This document shows, piece by piece, positions 8,982-18,072 of a stretch of DNA of 64,000 nucleotides. The translations under genes and the position numbers were made by a program. Each line of letters begins with the position of its first letter. Within the stretch, counting starts at the first letter, position 1. Below the pieces are notes generated by a model, which did no database searches, was not told the DNA's origin, and was given only the letters and a program-made list of their open reading frames with translations. The DNA lies in the IMG/VR virus record IMGVR_UViG_3300043418_000114, positions 124,001-188,000 of that record; one strand, 5' to 3'.

Positions 8982-9361
8982 TCGACTACGTTTACGGCGG
9001 CGAGTTCATGACCGTGACTAGCAATAAGGGTTCAACTCCTTATATTAGCCCGTCCTCTCAGCCAATGACTGGAATGTTATCTTACGATAACTCCAGTCAG
9101 TCTATGAAAGTTTATGATGGTAATAGTTGGCAAACAGTTGGTGGTGGTACAGCTATGGTCAATCTGTCACCTGATGCCATCGAAACGCTCAAGTGGGCTA
9201 AAGAAAAGATGCGTCAAGAGCAAGAACTTAAAGCTCTTGCGGCAATCAATCCAACGATCAAGGATCTGGTGGATAGTATGACTGTCAGTGTTCGAGAATA
9301 TGAACATAAAATCGAAATGGTAAAAGCTCTGATTCAAAAAGAAGAAGTCACCGTTTCGTAA
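8978..9361 (+). CDS. Hypothetical protein (beta-rich N-terminus, coiled-coil C-terminus)
   Basis: 127 aa ORF ATGA-coupled to the clamp gene. Confidence 0.6.
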   Translation: MIDYVYGGEFMTVTSNKGSTPYISPSSQPMTGMLSYDNSSQSMKVYDGNSWQTVGGGTAMVNLSPDAIETLKWAKEKMRQEQELKALAAINPTIKDLVDSMTVSVREYEHKIEMVKALIQKEEVTVS

Positions 9362-9371
9362 CAAAGAATTC

Positions 9372-9424
9372 CAGAGAGATTGAAATCTCTCTGAGAATAT
9401 CAGATAATAATATCGTTATCTGAT
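9372..9424 (+). promoter_or_regulatory. Two tandem perfect inverted repeats overlapping a sigma70 promoter
   Basis: CAGAGAGAT-TGAA-ATCTCTCTG and ATCAGATAA-N8-TTATCTGAT; TTGAAA(9380)-N17-GATAAT(9403). Confidence 0.55.
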
Positions 9425-9474
9425 TAACATAAACTTTATTAACTACAACCCGCTGTTTAAAAGGAAATATTAAA

Positions 9475-9684
9475 ATGGCAAAATATCAAGTTCAACCCAA
9501 TGCAAAAGTTCGTCAGATTTTCGATGACCTCGAAAAGTATCTAACTTTCTGTCAAGATTTTGGCTACAAGTTCGACGAAGCTGATTTGTACAATCATCGA
9601 AGCTATGTCTTCCGTCAGTACAATAAATTTGCAACTGGTAAGGATGCGAAAGATCAATGGGCGGAGCTAATCGCGCGTTCATGA
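9475..9684 (+). CDS. Hypothetical protein
   Basis: 69 aa ORF with AAGGA RBS. Confidence 0.65.
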   Translation: MAKYQVQPNAKVRQIFDDLEKYLTFCQDFGYKFDEADLYNHRSYVFRQYNKFATGKDAKDQWAELIARS

Positions 9685-10442
9685 AAGTAGTTCTAGTCAC
9701 TGGTGGGTTCGACCCAATTCATAGTGGGCACATTGAATATTTCAAAGCCGCTAAACAACTCGGAGATAAATTAATTGTCGGGTTGAACAGTGACGCATGG
9801 TTGACCCGTAAAAAGGGTCAACCTTTTATGCCTTACTATGAACGAATGATGGTAGTTGGCAACCTATCTATGGTTGACGAGACTATCCAATACGACGATA
9901 GCGATGATTCAAGTATCAATGCTATCAAGCGTGTTAAACAAGATTATCCTGATGCTGAAATTATCTTTGCTAACGGCGGAGATAGAACTTCATACAACAT
10001 TCCAGAAATGTCAGTAACTGATGTAGAGTTTGTGTTCGGCGTCGGTGGAGAGAACAAAGCAAATAGTAGTAGCTGGATTCTACGGGAGTGGAAACAACCA
10101 AAGACTTCACGTACTTGGGGTTACTATCGTATTCTACATGATGTACCTGGTTGCAAGGTGAAAGAACTTACTGTAGAGCCTGGTCAAAGTTTGAGTATGC
10201 AACGCCATTTCAAACGTCATGAATTCTGGCATGTTACAGAAGGCAACTGCATCTTAGATATGCAACTGCCAAGTGGTTATGCATTGCCTCCAATGGATTT
10301 ATCGCAACATAGCCAGATACAAATTCCACAAGGTGATTGGCATCGACTAAGTAATCCCTATAGTGTCCCATGCAGAATCGTAGAGATTCAATATGGTGAT
10401 ATGTGTGTGGAAGAAGATATTGAACGTAAGAACAATTCATAA
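9681..10442 (+). CDS. Cytidylyltransferase-like (RfaE-type HxGH) fused to mannose-6-P-isomerase-type cupin
   Basis: TGGFDPIHSGH, LIVGLNSD, FANGGDR; C-terminal RTWGYY...PGQSLSMQRHFKRHEFW. Confidence 0.85.
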   Translation: MKVVLVTGGFDPIHSGHIEYFKAAKQLGDKLIVGLNSDAWLTRKKGQPFMPYYERMMVVGNLSMVDETIQYDDSDDSSINAIKRVKQDYPDAEIIFANGGDRTSYNIPEMSVTDVEFVFGVGGENKANSSSWILREWKQPKTSRTWGYYRILHDVPGCKVKELTVEPGQSLSMQRHFKRHEFWHVTEGNCILDMQLPSGYALPPMDLSQHSQIQIPQGDWHRLSNPYSVPCRIVEIQYGDMCVEEDIERKNNS

Positions 10443-10455
10443 CAGAGAAGTAATT

Positions 10456-10746
10456 ATGGCAACTAAGAAGATAAAACAAGATAGCATTACTTTAGAAATG
10501 CCTGGAACAATTGGCGGTGCAAAAGTTGTACTACCAAAAGAAAAGAAAACTAAACTAAAGAATGTAGACAGTGGTGGTTGGCCAAAGATTAATCAAGGCA
10601 CACACTTGACTGTAAAGACTTTTGAAGATGGTCGTACTGAACTAATTTGGGATGACGCACAACTCTTAAAAGAAGTCCAAGAAGCAATCGCATCAGTAAC
10701 AGTTACTGAGGCAAAACCAAAGCGTAAATCAAAGGAGAAAAAATGA
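10456..10746 (+). CDS. Hypothetical basic protein
   Basis: MATKKIKQ... ORF coupled to the next gene. Confidence 0.55.
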   Translation: MATKKIKQDSITLEMPGTIGGAKVVLPKEKKTKLKNVDSGGWPKINQGTHLTVKTFEDGRTELIWDDAQLLKEVQEAIASVTVTEAKPKRKSKEKK

Positions 10747-10937
10747 GCGCACATAACGAAATTAACACACATCTAGAAGCATACTTGGTAGAACATGAAA
10801 AGTTCGAGAAGGGCAACTCAGCCGCTGGTACTCGTGCCCGTAAAGCATTGGGTGAATTGGCTAAAGCAATCAAGGCTCGTCGTAATGAAATTACTGAGAC
10901 CAAGAATGCACGTGCCGCAGAAAAAGCAAAGGCTTAA
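10743..10937 (+). CDS. Histone H1-like Hc1-family nucleoid protein
   Basis: EKFEKGNSAAGTRARKALGELAK matches the Hc1 signature. Confidence 0.7.
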   Translation: MSAHNEINTHLEAYLVEHEKFEKGNSAAGTRARKALGELAKAIKARRNEITETKNARAAEKAKA

Positions 10938-10939
10938 TC

Positions 10940-11233
10940 ATGGCATTGACTCCAGCAAATGACCGCATCTTGGTCAAACCGCAGGAAGCAAAGACTAGAA
11001 CAGAATCGGGATTTTATATTCCTGATTCTGCTCAAGAAAAACTGCCACGTGGTACTGTATTCAAGGTAGGCAAAGGTCGTAGACTTGATGATGGTAGTTT
11101 TGCTTCACCTGAAGTCAAAGAGGGTGATGTAGTTATCTACACTCAAACAGGCCCTCAGAAGATTACAGTTGGTAATCAAGATTTCATCGTCATGAAAGAA
11201 GAAGATATTCTTTGCATCGTTGATGAAGAATAA
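10940..11233 (+). CDS. groES: Co-chaperonin GroES (Cpn10)
   Basis: LTPANDRILVK, TESGFYIP, VKEGDVVIY, KEEDILCIV. Confidence 0.92.
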   Translation: MALTPANDRILVKPQEAKTRTESGFYIPDSAQEKLPRGTVFKVGKGRRLDDGSFASPEVKEGDVVIYTQTGPQKITVGNQDFIVMKEEDILCIVDEE

Positions 11234-11239
11234 TTTATC

Positions 11240-11425
11240 ATGAAAGATATTCCAATTTGGCGTAAGGCCGTTTATACATTCTTTGCACCATTGTTCATTC
11301 TAGTATGGGTGATTTTTCATCCTAAACTTTTCTGGGCAGAAGCAAAGAGAACTTGGAACGAACCATCTGCATGTAATGGCAATTGTAATCAAGGACGTAA
11401 CTGTGACTGCAAAAACAAATCTTGA
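11240..11425 (+). CDS. Small membrane protein with Cys-rich tail
   Basis: One TM helix plus ACNGNCNQGRNCDC. Confidence 0.5.
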   Translation: MKDIPIWRKAVYTFFAPLFILVWVIFHPKLFWAEAKRTWNEPSACNGNCNQGRNCDCKNKS

Positions 11426-11429
11426 TTGG

Positions 11430-11702
11430 ATGAAAGAGGCGGCCGACAGGATCATGAATGATCCAGTGAAGCTCAAAGAGTTTATGCGTAGTGTAATAGG
11501 CCCTGAACAAAGAATTATCGAGGGACAAGAGAAAGAACATCTATTCACGATTTTCAATCTACTTGATCCTCTCGAAGAATCCAACAACCAACGTTCTTGG
11601 ACAACTGTATATGAACATGCAGGAAAAACGTACCACTACACTGTAGGTGATGGGTGGGATGAATTAGCAGAGATATTACCAGATGATTTTCAACAGGATT
11701 AA
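11430..11702 (+). CDS. Hypothetical protein
   Basis: MKEAADRIMNDP... fills the gap between neighbours. Confidence 0.55.
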   Translation: MKEAADRIMNDPVKLKEFMRSVIGPEQRIIEGQEKEHLFTIFNLLDPLEESNNQRSWTTVYEHAGKTYHYTVGDGWDELAEILPDDFQQD

Positions 11703-12147
11703 AGAATTAAAACAACAAGGTCTACGTATCGGTATCACCTTTTCGCAATTTGACTTGCTACATGCAGGTCATGTTGCTATGCTCAGTGAAGCAAAAAACC
11801 ATTGTGACTATCTTATCTGTGGACTGCAAAACAACGCTAGTTGGGATCGTCCTGAAAAGAATAGTCCTATTCAATCAATCGTCGAAAGACAAATCAGTTT
11901 AAGTGCAGTACGTTTTGTTGACGAGATTGTAGTCTACAACACTGAAAAAGACCTAGAAGATATCTTACTAACACTTCCAGTTGACGTTCGTATCTTGGGT
12001 GTAGAGTACATCGATAAAGAATTCACAGGTAAACAAATTTGCCTACAGCGTAATATTGAACTAGTATTCAATGGACGTGACCACAGTTTCAGTAGTTCAA
12101 GTCTACGTAAAAGAGTAGCAGAAGCACAAAATAAGGTACAACAATGA
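11683..12147 (+). CDS. Glycerol-3-phosphate cytidylyltransferase (TagD)-like
   Basis: GITFSQFDLLHAGH, YLICGLQ, VDEIVVY, RDHSFSSSSLRKR. Confidence 0.85.
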   Translation: MIFNRIKELKQQGLRIGITFSQFDLLHAGHVAMLSEAKNHCDYLICGLQNNASWDRPEKNSPIQSIVERQISLSAVRFVDEIVVYNTEKDLEDILLTLPVDVRILGVEYIDKEFTGKQICLQRNIELVFNGRDHSFSSSSLRKRVAEAQNKVQQ

Positions 12148-12446
12148 GTAATTTTTACGATTCATTCGCTAGTAGATACCGTGTCAAACACGTGCAAGTA
12201 AGTCGTGACCGTAGATATGAAACTATCAACTATGGTTATAATCAAACTGCTAGTTACTATGCTGACCGTGAAGAAATTATTGAAATGGAACTTACACGTA
12301 GTGGATTCGAAGATTTGGTCAAGGTAGACAAGGATCATGACAAGTTATGGCAAGACCAGCGCGATGAAGCATGGTTGCGTAAACAATACCCTGCACTCAA
12401 AGATGCATACGACAAATATCAAATGCTATTGGCATTATACAAATAA
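12144..12446 (+). CDS. Hypothetical protein
   Basis: 100 aa coupled ORF. Confidence 0.6.
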   Translation: MSNFYDSFASRYRVKHVQVSRDRRYETINYGYNQTASYYADREEIIEMELTRSGFEDLVKVDKDHDKLWQDQRDEAWLRKQYPALKDAYDKYQMLLALYK

Positions 12447-12457
12447 TAGGAAGTAAC

Positions 12458-13636
12458 ATGACAAAAACAGTAGCAGTTATCGGCGCAGGCATAGCTGGTC
12501 TTACAACTGCGTATTACCTTGTTAGAAAAGGTTATCGAGTTACCGTGTATGAGCAAGAGCGATACGCGGCCATGCGTACTAGCTTTGCCAACGGTGGACA
12601 AATGTCTGTTAGCAATAGCGAAGTATGGACAACCTGGAGCAACGTCAAAAAAGGCGTTAAGTGGCTATTCACCAAAGATGCACCTTTGCTCATTCGTCCA
12701 TGCTTTGACTGGAAGCAATGGAAATGGATCGCTAAATTTCTGTACTACACTGCCAAAGGTGACTACAAAGAGAATACAGCATGGACTGTTCGAGCTGGTC
12801 TAGAAGCCAGAGAACTGTACAAAGAAATCATGTTTGAAGAAGGCATTTCGTTTGATTACTTGGGAACAGGTATCGTACACTTCTACAAAGACAAACAGTA
12901 CTGGGACAATGCTCAAACTGTTAAACAGATTTACAACGACAATGGTTGTGAGTGGGATTTACTAACACCGATGCAAGTGAAAGCTCTTGATCCTGCACTA
13001 GAAAATATCGACAACATGATTGGTGGCACATTCACTCCAAGCGATAGTACAGGCGACATTCACAAATTCTGTATGAATCTAGCGTTAGTTCTAGAGAACA
13101 AATACGGCGTTGAATTCAAGTATGAATCAAACATTACTCGCAACTGGGGCATTGAAGCATTAGCTGATGTGTTCGATGCAGTAGTCATTGCCGCTGGTGT
13201 TGGTAGCACTGAATTAGCAGGGCAAATTGGTGACACGCTAGACGTATATCCAGTCAAGGGCTACTCTATCACAATCAACAATGTTGATCCTAAGTATTTG
13301 CCTAAAGTAAGTCTGTTAGACGATCAAGCCAAGATCGTGACAAGTACATTGGGCAATCGATTCCGTGTTGCTGGTACTGCTGAGTTGACTGGAGAGAACT
13401 ACGATATCACTAGAGATAGAGTTGAGCCATTGTTAGAATGGGTTCATACGAACTTTCCTAATATCAATACAAGCGACTACACCCAGTGGGCATGCTTACG
13501 TCCTATGACACCTAACATGATGCCTATCACCAAACAGAGTGACAGGAACAAGAAAGTGTTCTACAATACAGGACATGGTCATCTTGGTTGGACTCTGAGT
13601 CCATACACCTCTAAGACTGTAGCAGATTTAATCTAA
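12458..13636 (+). CDS. dadA: D-amino acid dehydrogenase (FAD-dependent)
   Basis: VIGAGIAG, TSFANGGQMS, YPVKGYS, RVAGTAE, WACLRPMTP, NTGHGHLGWT. Confidence 0.9.
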   Translation: MTKTVAVIGAGIAGLTTAYYLVRKGYRVTVYEQERYAAMRTSFANGGQMSVSNSEVWTTWSNVKKGVKWLFTKDAPLLIRPCFDWKQWKWIAKFLYYTAKGDYKENTAWTVRAGLEARELYKEIMFEEGISFDYLGTGIVHFYKDKQYWDNAQTVKQIYNDNGCEWDLLTPMQVKALDPALENIDNMIGGTFTPSDSTGDIHKFCMNLALVLENKYGVEFKYESNITRNWGIEALADVFDAVVIAAGVGSTELAGQIGDTLDVYPVKGYSITINNVDPKYLPKVSLLDDQAKIVTSTLGNRFRVAGTAELTGENYDITRDRVEPLLEWVHTNFPNINTSDYTQWACLRPMTPNMMPITKQSDRNKKVFYNTGHGHLGWTLSPYTSKTVADLI

Positions 13637-13637
13637 C

Positions 13638-13880
13638 ATGTCACAAATACACGCAGAGTACCAAGAAGTTTCTAGAGAAGAATATGAACGTAAGACCAGA
13701 GGATGGTCTTACAGGTTCAGTCTTTTGCCAAGACGATGCATGGAAACTGGAAAGCTATTGTGGATGAAACGTGCATATCGTGGCCGTAAGATTCGTCGGT
13801 ACGATATGGATTTATTCTTTCATGACAAGTGGATGTGCAGAGAAGAATTTGTTAAATTAAGATTATTGGAAAAAATATGA
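13638..13880 (+). CDS. Hypothetical protein
   Basis: 80 aa ORF in operon. Confidence 0.55.
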   Translation: MSQIHAEYQEVSREEYERKTRGWSYRFSLLPRRCMETGKLLWMKRAYRGRKIRRYDMDLFFHDKWMCREEFVKLRLLEKI

Positions 13881-14086
13881 GCGAACGAAATAATGACAAA
13901 GAATGGTTAGACAAAGTTATATTAGGATGCACAGTCTATAACGAAACACGAATTCATACAGATTTTCAAGAAGATGAAGTATTGAAATTCGTAGAGTGGC
14001 TACACAAGCAATACGGCATTGAGTACGTGAAGCCTAAGGCAACGCATCAAAATACTCCAGAACATAAAGCAAAGGGCAAGCAATGA
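13877..14086 (+). CDS. Hypothetical protein
   Basis: ATGA-coupled 69 aa ORF. Confidence 0.55.
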   Translation: MSERNNDKEWLDKVILGCTVYNETRIHTDFQEDEVLKFVEWLHKQYGIEYVKPKATHQNTPEHKAKGKQ

Positions 14087-14271
14087 GACAAGTGGTAATT
14101 ACACGTAAACAGTATGAAAAACTAAAAGAAGTTTTCGAAATGTACGATTTGGATAGAGTTATATACACCGAAGATTCAAGTAAAGGCGCAGGTATCGGTG
14201 CGGTCACTACCATCGAATTTGATCCTAGACAATCTATCAAGATGGATATCACTGACGTAGAGAGTTGGTAA
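14083..14271 (+). CDS. Hypothetical protein
   Basis: ATGA-coupled 62 aa ORF. Confidence 0.55.
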   Translation: MRQVVITRKQYEKLKEVFEMYDLDRVIYTEDSSKGAGIGAVTTIEFDPRQSIKMDITDVESW

Positions 14272-14432
14272 TGGAACTACGTTATTTGCGTACACGAGAA
14301 GTAGACGGCACTGTGCATCAGGTGTTACAGTATAGAACACAGATTCAAGTGCCTGACTATAGCACAGAAAAGCATATTCCTAAGGTAGTATGGACTGACT
14401 GGAAAGATGTGCCAGTAGTCGAGAGTAATTAA
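14271..14432 (+). CDS. Small hypothetical protein missed by the ORF track (53 aa)
   Basis: TAATG coupling; MELRYLRTREVDGTVHQVLQYR...WTDWKDVPVVESN*. Confidence 0.6.
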   Translation: MELRYLRTREVDGTVHQVLQYRTQIQVPDYSTEKHIPKVVWTDWKDVPVVESN

Positions 14433-14983
14433 AGGCTTTTGCCCCAGCGAGTATTAATAACGTTCCAGTTAATAATCTTCCACTGTTCTTTCAAGTATTT
14501 TTTCTTGTCAGAGCCATAATCTAATAGCCATGCATGTTCCCACCAGTCTACTAATAGTAGAATGTCACTGCGAACTTCATGGTTTTTTATGGTCTTGATT
14601 TTGCCATCAGTGGATAGATAGATCCAGCCGCTACCTTCTATCTTCATAGCTTCTTCTTGGAATTGCTCCTTGAAGTCATCCCATGAGTTATAATGCTTGT
14701 TGATAAAGCCAAGCATGGGACCATTTGGCTTGTTAACGTTTCGTACTTCACGAAACTGAGGGAATAACATGTTATGCAAGAATGCACCTGCATAGTTGAA
14801 ATCCCTATCACCTTCTTTGTTGTTGTAACGTTCAGCATAACCATGCGCTAACTTGCCATAGTGTAAGTCCAATGTCTCTTTAGACAGCACAGGACTTACA
14901 TCTTTTGGCTCGAAGTTTAGTTGAATGATTTCTATATCTTGAGGCTTGCTTTTAGCCTCAAGTAGCTGAATCAAGTCACGCAT
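14429..14983 (-). CDS. sod: Fe/Mn superoxide dismutase
   Basis: LHYGK, AFLHNM, GSGWIYL, DWWEHAW metal ligands. Confidence 0.9.
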   Translation of the reverse strand: MRDLIQLLEAKSKPQDIEIIQLNFEPKDVSPVLSKETLDLHYGKLAHGYAERYNNKEGDRDFNYAGAFLHNMLFPQFREVRNVNKPNGPMLGFINKHYNSWDDFKEQFQEEAMKIEGSGWIYLSTDGKIKTIKNHEVRSDILLLVDWWEHAWLLDYGSDKKKYLKEQWKIINWNVINTRWGKSL

Positions 14984-14984
14984 T

Positions 14985-16550
14985 TTAGTGTCTCAACAAT
15001 AGAGTACTTAGAACGTTTTGATCGTTCGCAGAGATATCGCCTTCACCTGGTGCAACAATGACGTTGTACTTCATGCCACCAACTTTAGGCTTGCGTGTAT
15101 ATTCATCATAAGATAGAATAGAGTTTGGTGCTAGACCATACTGTTTAGCTAGACGTTGTTTTAGTTCACCTAGCTTGTCTGGTTGAACTTGCCATTGACC
15201 TTCACCACCTTTGACTAGGTTGCCCTTTTGATCTTTAACCAACAAGTCTTGGAACAATTCATCAGGAACAATACGTGAGTTCTTTGTCTTTTCTAGACTT
15301 GGATCGCTAGCTTTGACTTGTTTCTCTTGTGATGTATGAGCGCCTTCACTCCAGTTGATAATGAAGTTAGCTGGCTTCTTAGCAAGTGCCGCATTAGCCA
15401 TCTTTGTGTAAGCATAGAACTTAACACCAGGATGCTTTTCAGCCATCTTTAGTGCCATGTCTAGATATTCTGGAGAGAAGAAATCACCAGCATCGTGCCA
15501 ACGAATTGTTACTTCATAACCACCCTTGTCGCCAAGTTTTTCTTCTTTGGTAATCTCTGCACTTAGTTGATTGAAGAAACCATCTGGATCATTCAATAGA
15601 TATGTCAAGATACGACCATCACTTTGCCAAGCATTCTTGAACTGAACTTTACCGCCCTTCATAGCGAAGCAATCTACTTTACATGAACCAGCACCTGGGC
15701 ATGTGTTCACAATGATTAGCTTGTCAGTTTGTTCGTCTACTGCAATACCAGTTAGTGCGGCGAAACCAACGTTAAAGAACTGTTCTAGTTCACCGTTGCT
15801 GTGCTTCATCTTCTCGTTCTGCTTTAGCAATGCCTTAGGGCGTTGCTTTAGTGTGGCTTTAACAGCATCTTCGCTGTATGTCTTGCCATCAGGACCCAAG
15901 TATTCAACAACACTAGAACGATGAATATAAGGCATCTTATACTTGTCCGTCTTTGTCTTACCAGAAACATACTTTTCAGCACCTGATTTTTTATCTAATT
16001 TAACTTGACCAGTTTTCTTATCAATGTCTGGAGTACCAACAATACGTTTCATGTAGTCTTGAAATTCATCACCGCCAAATTCACGACTTTGTGCTGGCAA
16101 TGCAGTAGCCTCATCTAAACCAGATAACTTACGAATTCTGGATAGATGTTCTTCGCTTTCCTTGAATGTTAAGCCTTCACCTGCTCTGGTTCTAACATAG
16201 CGAATAACTTGTTCTACCCATCCACTAACATCACTAGAACCGATTTCATCATCAGGACCCAAGTCAACCCAATCAGCAACTTCATCAATTGCATCCATGA
16301 TTGCCTGTGGGCCATATTTTGCCAACAATCCATGATGTTGATTTAAGATACGACGAGTGATTGCTTGAGATACCGGACTGTCTACACGACCTTCTGATAA
16401 TTCTTGCTCAACTTCTGCTTGTTCGCCTTCGGTTTCACCTGGCATATCGCCAGATTTAGCAACGAATTGCTGTGGTGTCATAATCTGGATGCCCGATGGT
16501 GCACCTGGCATTTTTGGCTCTGAGCCCTCTAGTAAATGTCTGATTTTCAT
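14985..16550 (-). CDS. GP88-like (radical-SAM-like Fe-S) protein with long acidic N-terminal extension
   Basis: NTCPGAGSCKVDCFA (Cx5Cx3C), IRWHDAGDFF, FYAYTK. Confidence 0.65.
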   Translation of the reverse strand: MKIRHLLEGSEPKMPGAPSGIQIMTPQQFVAKSGDMPGETEGEQAEVEQELSEGRVDSPVSQAITRRILNQHHGLLAKYGPQAIMDAIDEVADWVDLGPDDEIGSSDVSGWVEQVIRYVRTRAGEGLTFKESEEHLSRIRKLSGLDEATALPAQSREFGGDEFQDYMKRIVGTPDIDKKTGQVKLDKKSGAEKYVSGKTKTDKYKMPYIHRSSVVEYLGPDGKTYSEDAVKATLKQRPKALLKQNEKMKHSNGELEQFFNVGFAALTGIAVDEQTDKLIIVNTCPGAGSCKVDCFAMKGGKVQFKNAWQSDGRILTYLLNDPDGFFNQLSAEITKEEKLGDKGGYEVTIRWHDAGDFFSPEYLDMALKMAEKHPGVKFYAYTKMANAALAKKPANFIINWSEGAHTSQEKQVKASDPSLEKTKNSRIVPDELFQDLLVKDQKGNLVKGGEGQWQVQPDKLGELKQRLAKQYGLAPNSILSYDEYTRKPKVGGMKYNVIVAPGEGDISANDQNVLSTLLLRH

Positions 16551-16567
16551 ATTAATTCCGTATATAG

Positions 16568-16610
16568 TTGACTTTATTGCGTAACTGTGCTACACTTATC
16601 TATTATTTAT
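16568..16610. promoter_or_regulatory. Back-to-back sigma70 promoter (+, uvsE) and late promoter (-, GP88-like/SOD)
   Basis: TTGACT-N17-TACACT at 16568-16596; TATTTAT at 16604-16610. Confidence 0.65.
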
Positions 16611-16625
16611 CTCTTTGGACTCCAT

Positions 16626-17660
16626 ATGCACTCTTTTGACCTTACCACAAAACGCATCGGTTTTGCTTGTAAATTCGCTGAAATTAACAAGAAAGGCGAG
16701 ATTGCATCCGTCGATGGACTGAACACTGGTGGTACTACACTAGCTTGGGCAAGACGCAACAATCGCAGTACAGTAGAAGATAAGCTACTTGACGTTGCAA
16801 AAACCAACATTAACAACACTCATGCACTTATCAAGCGTGTGGCATCCCTGCCAGAGCCACTGCGTATGTTGCGTATCACTAGCGACATGCTGAGTCTCTA
16901 CACTCATCCAGAATTCAAAGATTTCTGGCAGTCTGCCGACATGCAATCCAGTCTAGAACGCTGGATGGCACCACTTGGTGAAACTGCACGTGCCAACAAT
17001 GTTCGTCTTTCATTTCACCCTGGACAATTCGTTGTTTTGGCAAGTGACAGCGACGATGTTCTAAATAACAGTATCGAAGAATTTGAATATCACGTGGACT
17101 TGGCCAAATGGATGGGCTACGGTAAGCAATTTCAAGATATCAAAATCAACGTACATATCGCAGGTCGTAAAGGCCCACAAGGCATCCGCGATGCGTACAA
17201 CCGTTTGTCGCCAGAAGCGAGAAACACACTCACACTAGAAAATGAGGAATACACACATGGACTATCTGACTGCCTATCACTATCTGACCTCTGTCCTACG
17301 GTCATGGACATTCACCACAATTGGATTCGTGAAGGGTCCTATATTGATCGCAATGACGATCTTGTTAAAAAGGTTATTGACAGTTGGCGCGGTGTTCGTC
17401 CTACTATGCACTATTCTGTTTCTCGGGAAGACGTACTTGGAGAACATCCCGGACACATCCTTCCCGATCATGGTGCGTTGATTCTTGAAGGCCACACAAA
17501 AGCAAAGCTCCGTGCCCACTCAGACTTTTACTGGAATGATGCAGTGAATGATTGGGCATTGACTTTCATGGACGGCTTTGATATCATGTGCGAATCAAAA
17601 GCTAAGAACCTTGCTAGCTATAAACTATACGAAAGAGCAAAACAAAATGGGATTATTTGA
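16626..17660 (+). CDS. uvsE: UV-damage endonuclease
   Basis: RIGFACK, LRITSD, RLSFHPGQF, INVH, TLENEE, MDIHH, MCESKAKN. Confidence 0.92.
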   Translation: MHSFDLTTKRIGFACKFAEINKKGEIASVDGLNTGGTTLAWARRNNRSTVEDKLLDVAKTNINNTHALIKRVASLPEPLRMLRITSDMLSLYTHPEFKDFWQSADMQSSLERWMAPLGETARANNVRLSFHPGQFVVLASDSDDVLNNSIEEFEYHVDLAKWMGYGKQFQDIKINVHIAGRKGPQGIRDAYNRLSPEARNTLTLENEEYTHGLSDCLSLSDLCPTVMDIHHNWIREGSYIDRNDDLVKKVIDSWRGVRPTMHYSVSREDVLGEHPGHILPDHGALILEGHTKAKLRAHSDFYWNDAVNDWALTFMDGFDIMCESKAKNLASYKLYERAKQNGII

Positions 17661-18072
17661 CAAACTATTCGGCAAAAAGCCAGAACCAGAAAAGGTAGAG
17701 GCTCCTAAGCCTGCACCTAAGCAAAAAGAAAAGAAAGTTCCTGAACTATCAGCCAAAGAAAAGGCAACTCAAGCGGGTGAGCCTTATGTTAATATCTTAA
17801 GCATGGAAGTTGATCCTAAAGATATTAATTCAGGTGCGTTTGAACTTGACTGGAACGACAAGTTTGTGTTAAACTTGATTCGTGCTGGGTTCAAGATTCG
17901 TGATGACGACACTGATAGTCAAATTGTTGACAGATGGTTTCAAACTGTATGCCGCAATGTGGCACTTGAACTCTATGAACAACAACAAGCTGATCCAGAT
18001 AATCGCTACAAGGCAGACCTACGCACGGTCAGTACAAAAGATATCGGTGATGGCAGAACAGAAGTAAGCTAA
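17647..18072 (+). CDS. Conserved-looking hypothetical protein
   Basis: MGLFDKLFGKK...FELDWNDKFV; coupled to the exonuclease. Confidence 0.65.
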   Translation: MGLFDKLFGKKPEPEKVEAPKPAPKQKEKKVPELSAKEKATQAGEPYVNILSMEVDPKDINSGAFELDWNDKFVLNLIRAGFKIRDDDTDSQIVDRWFQTVCRNVALELYEQQQADPDNRYKADLRTVSTKDIGDGRTEVS

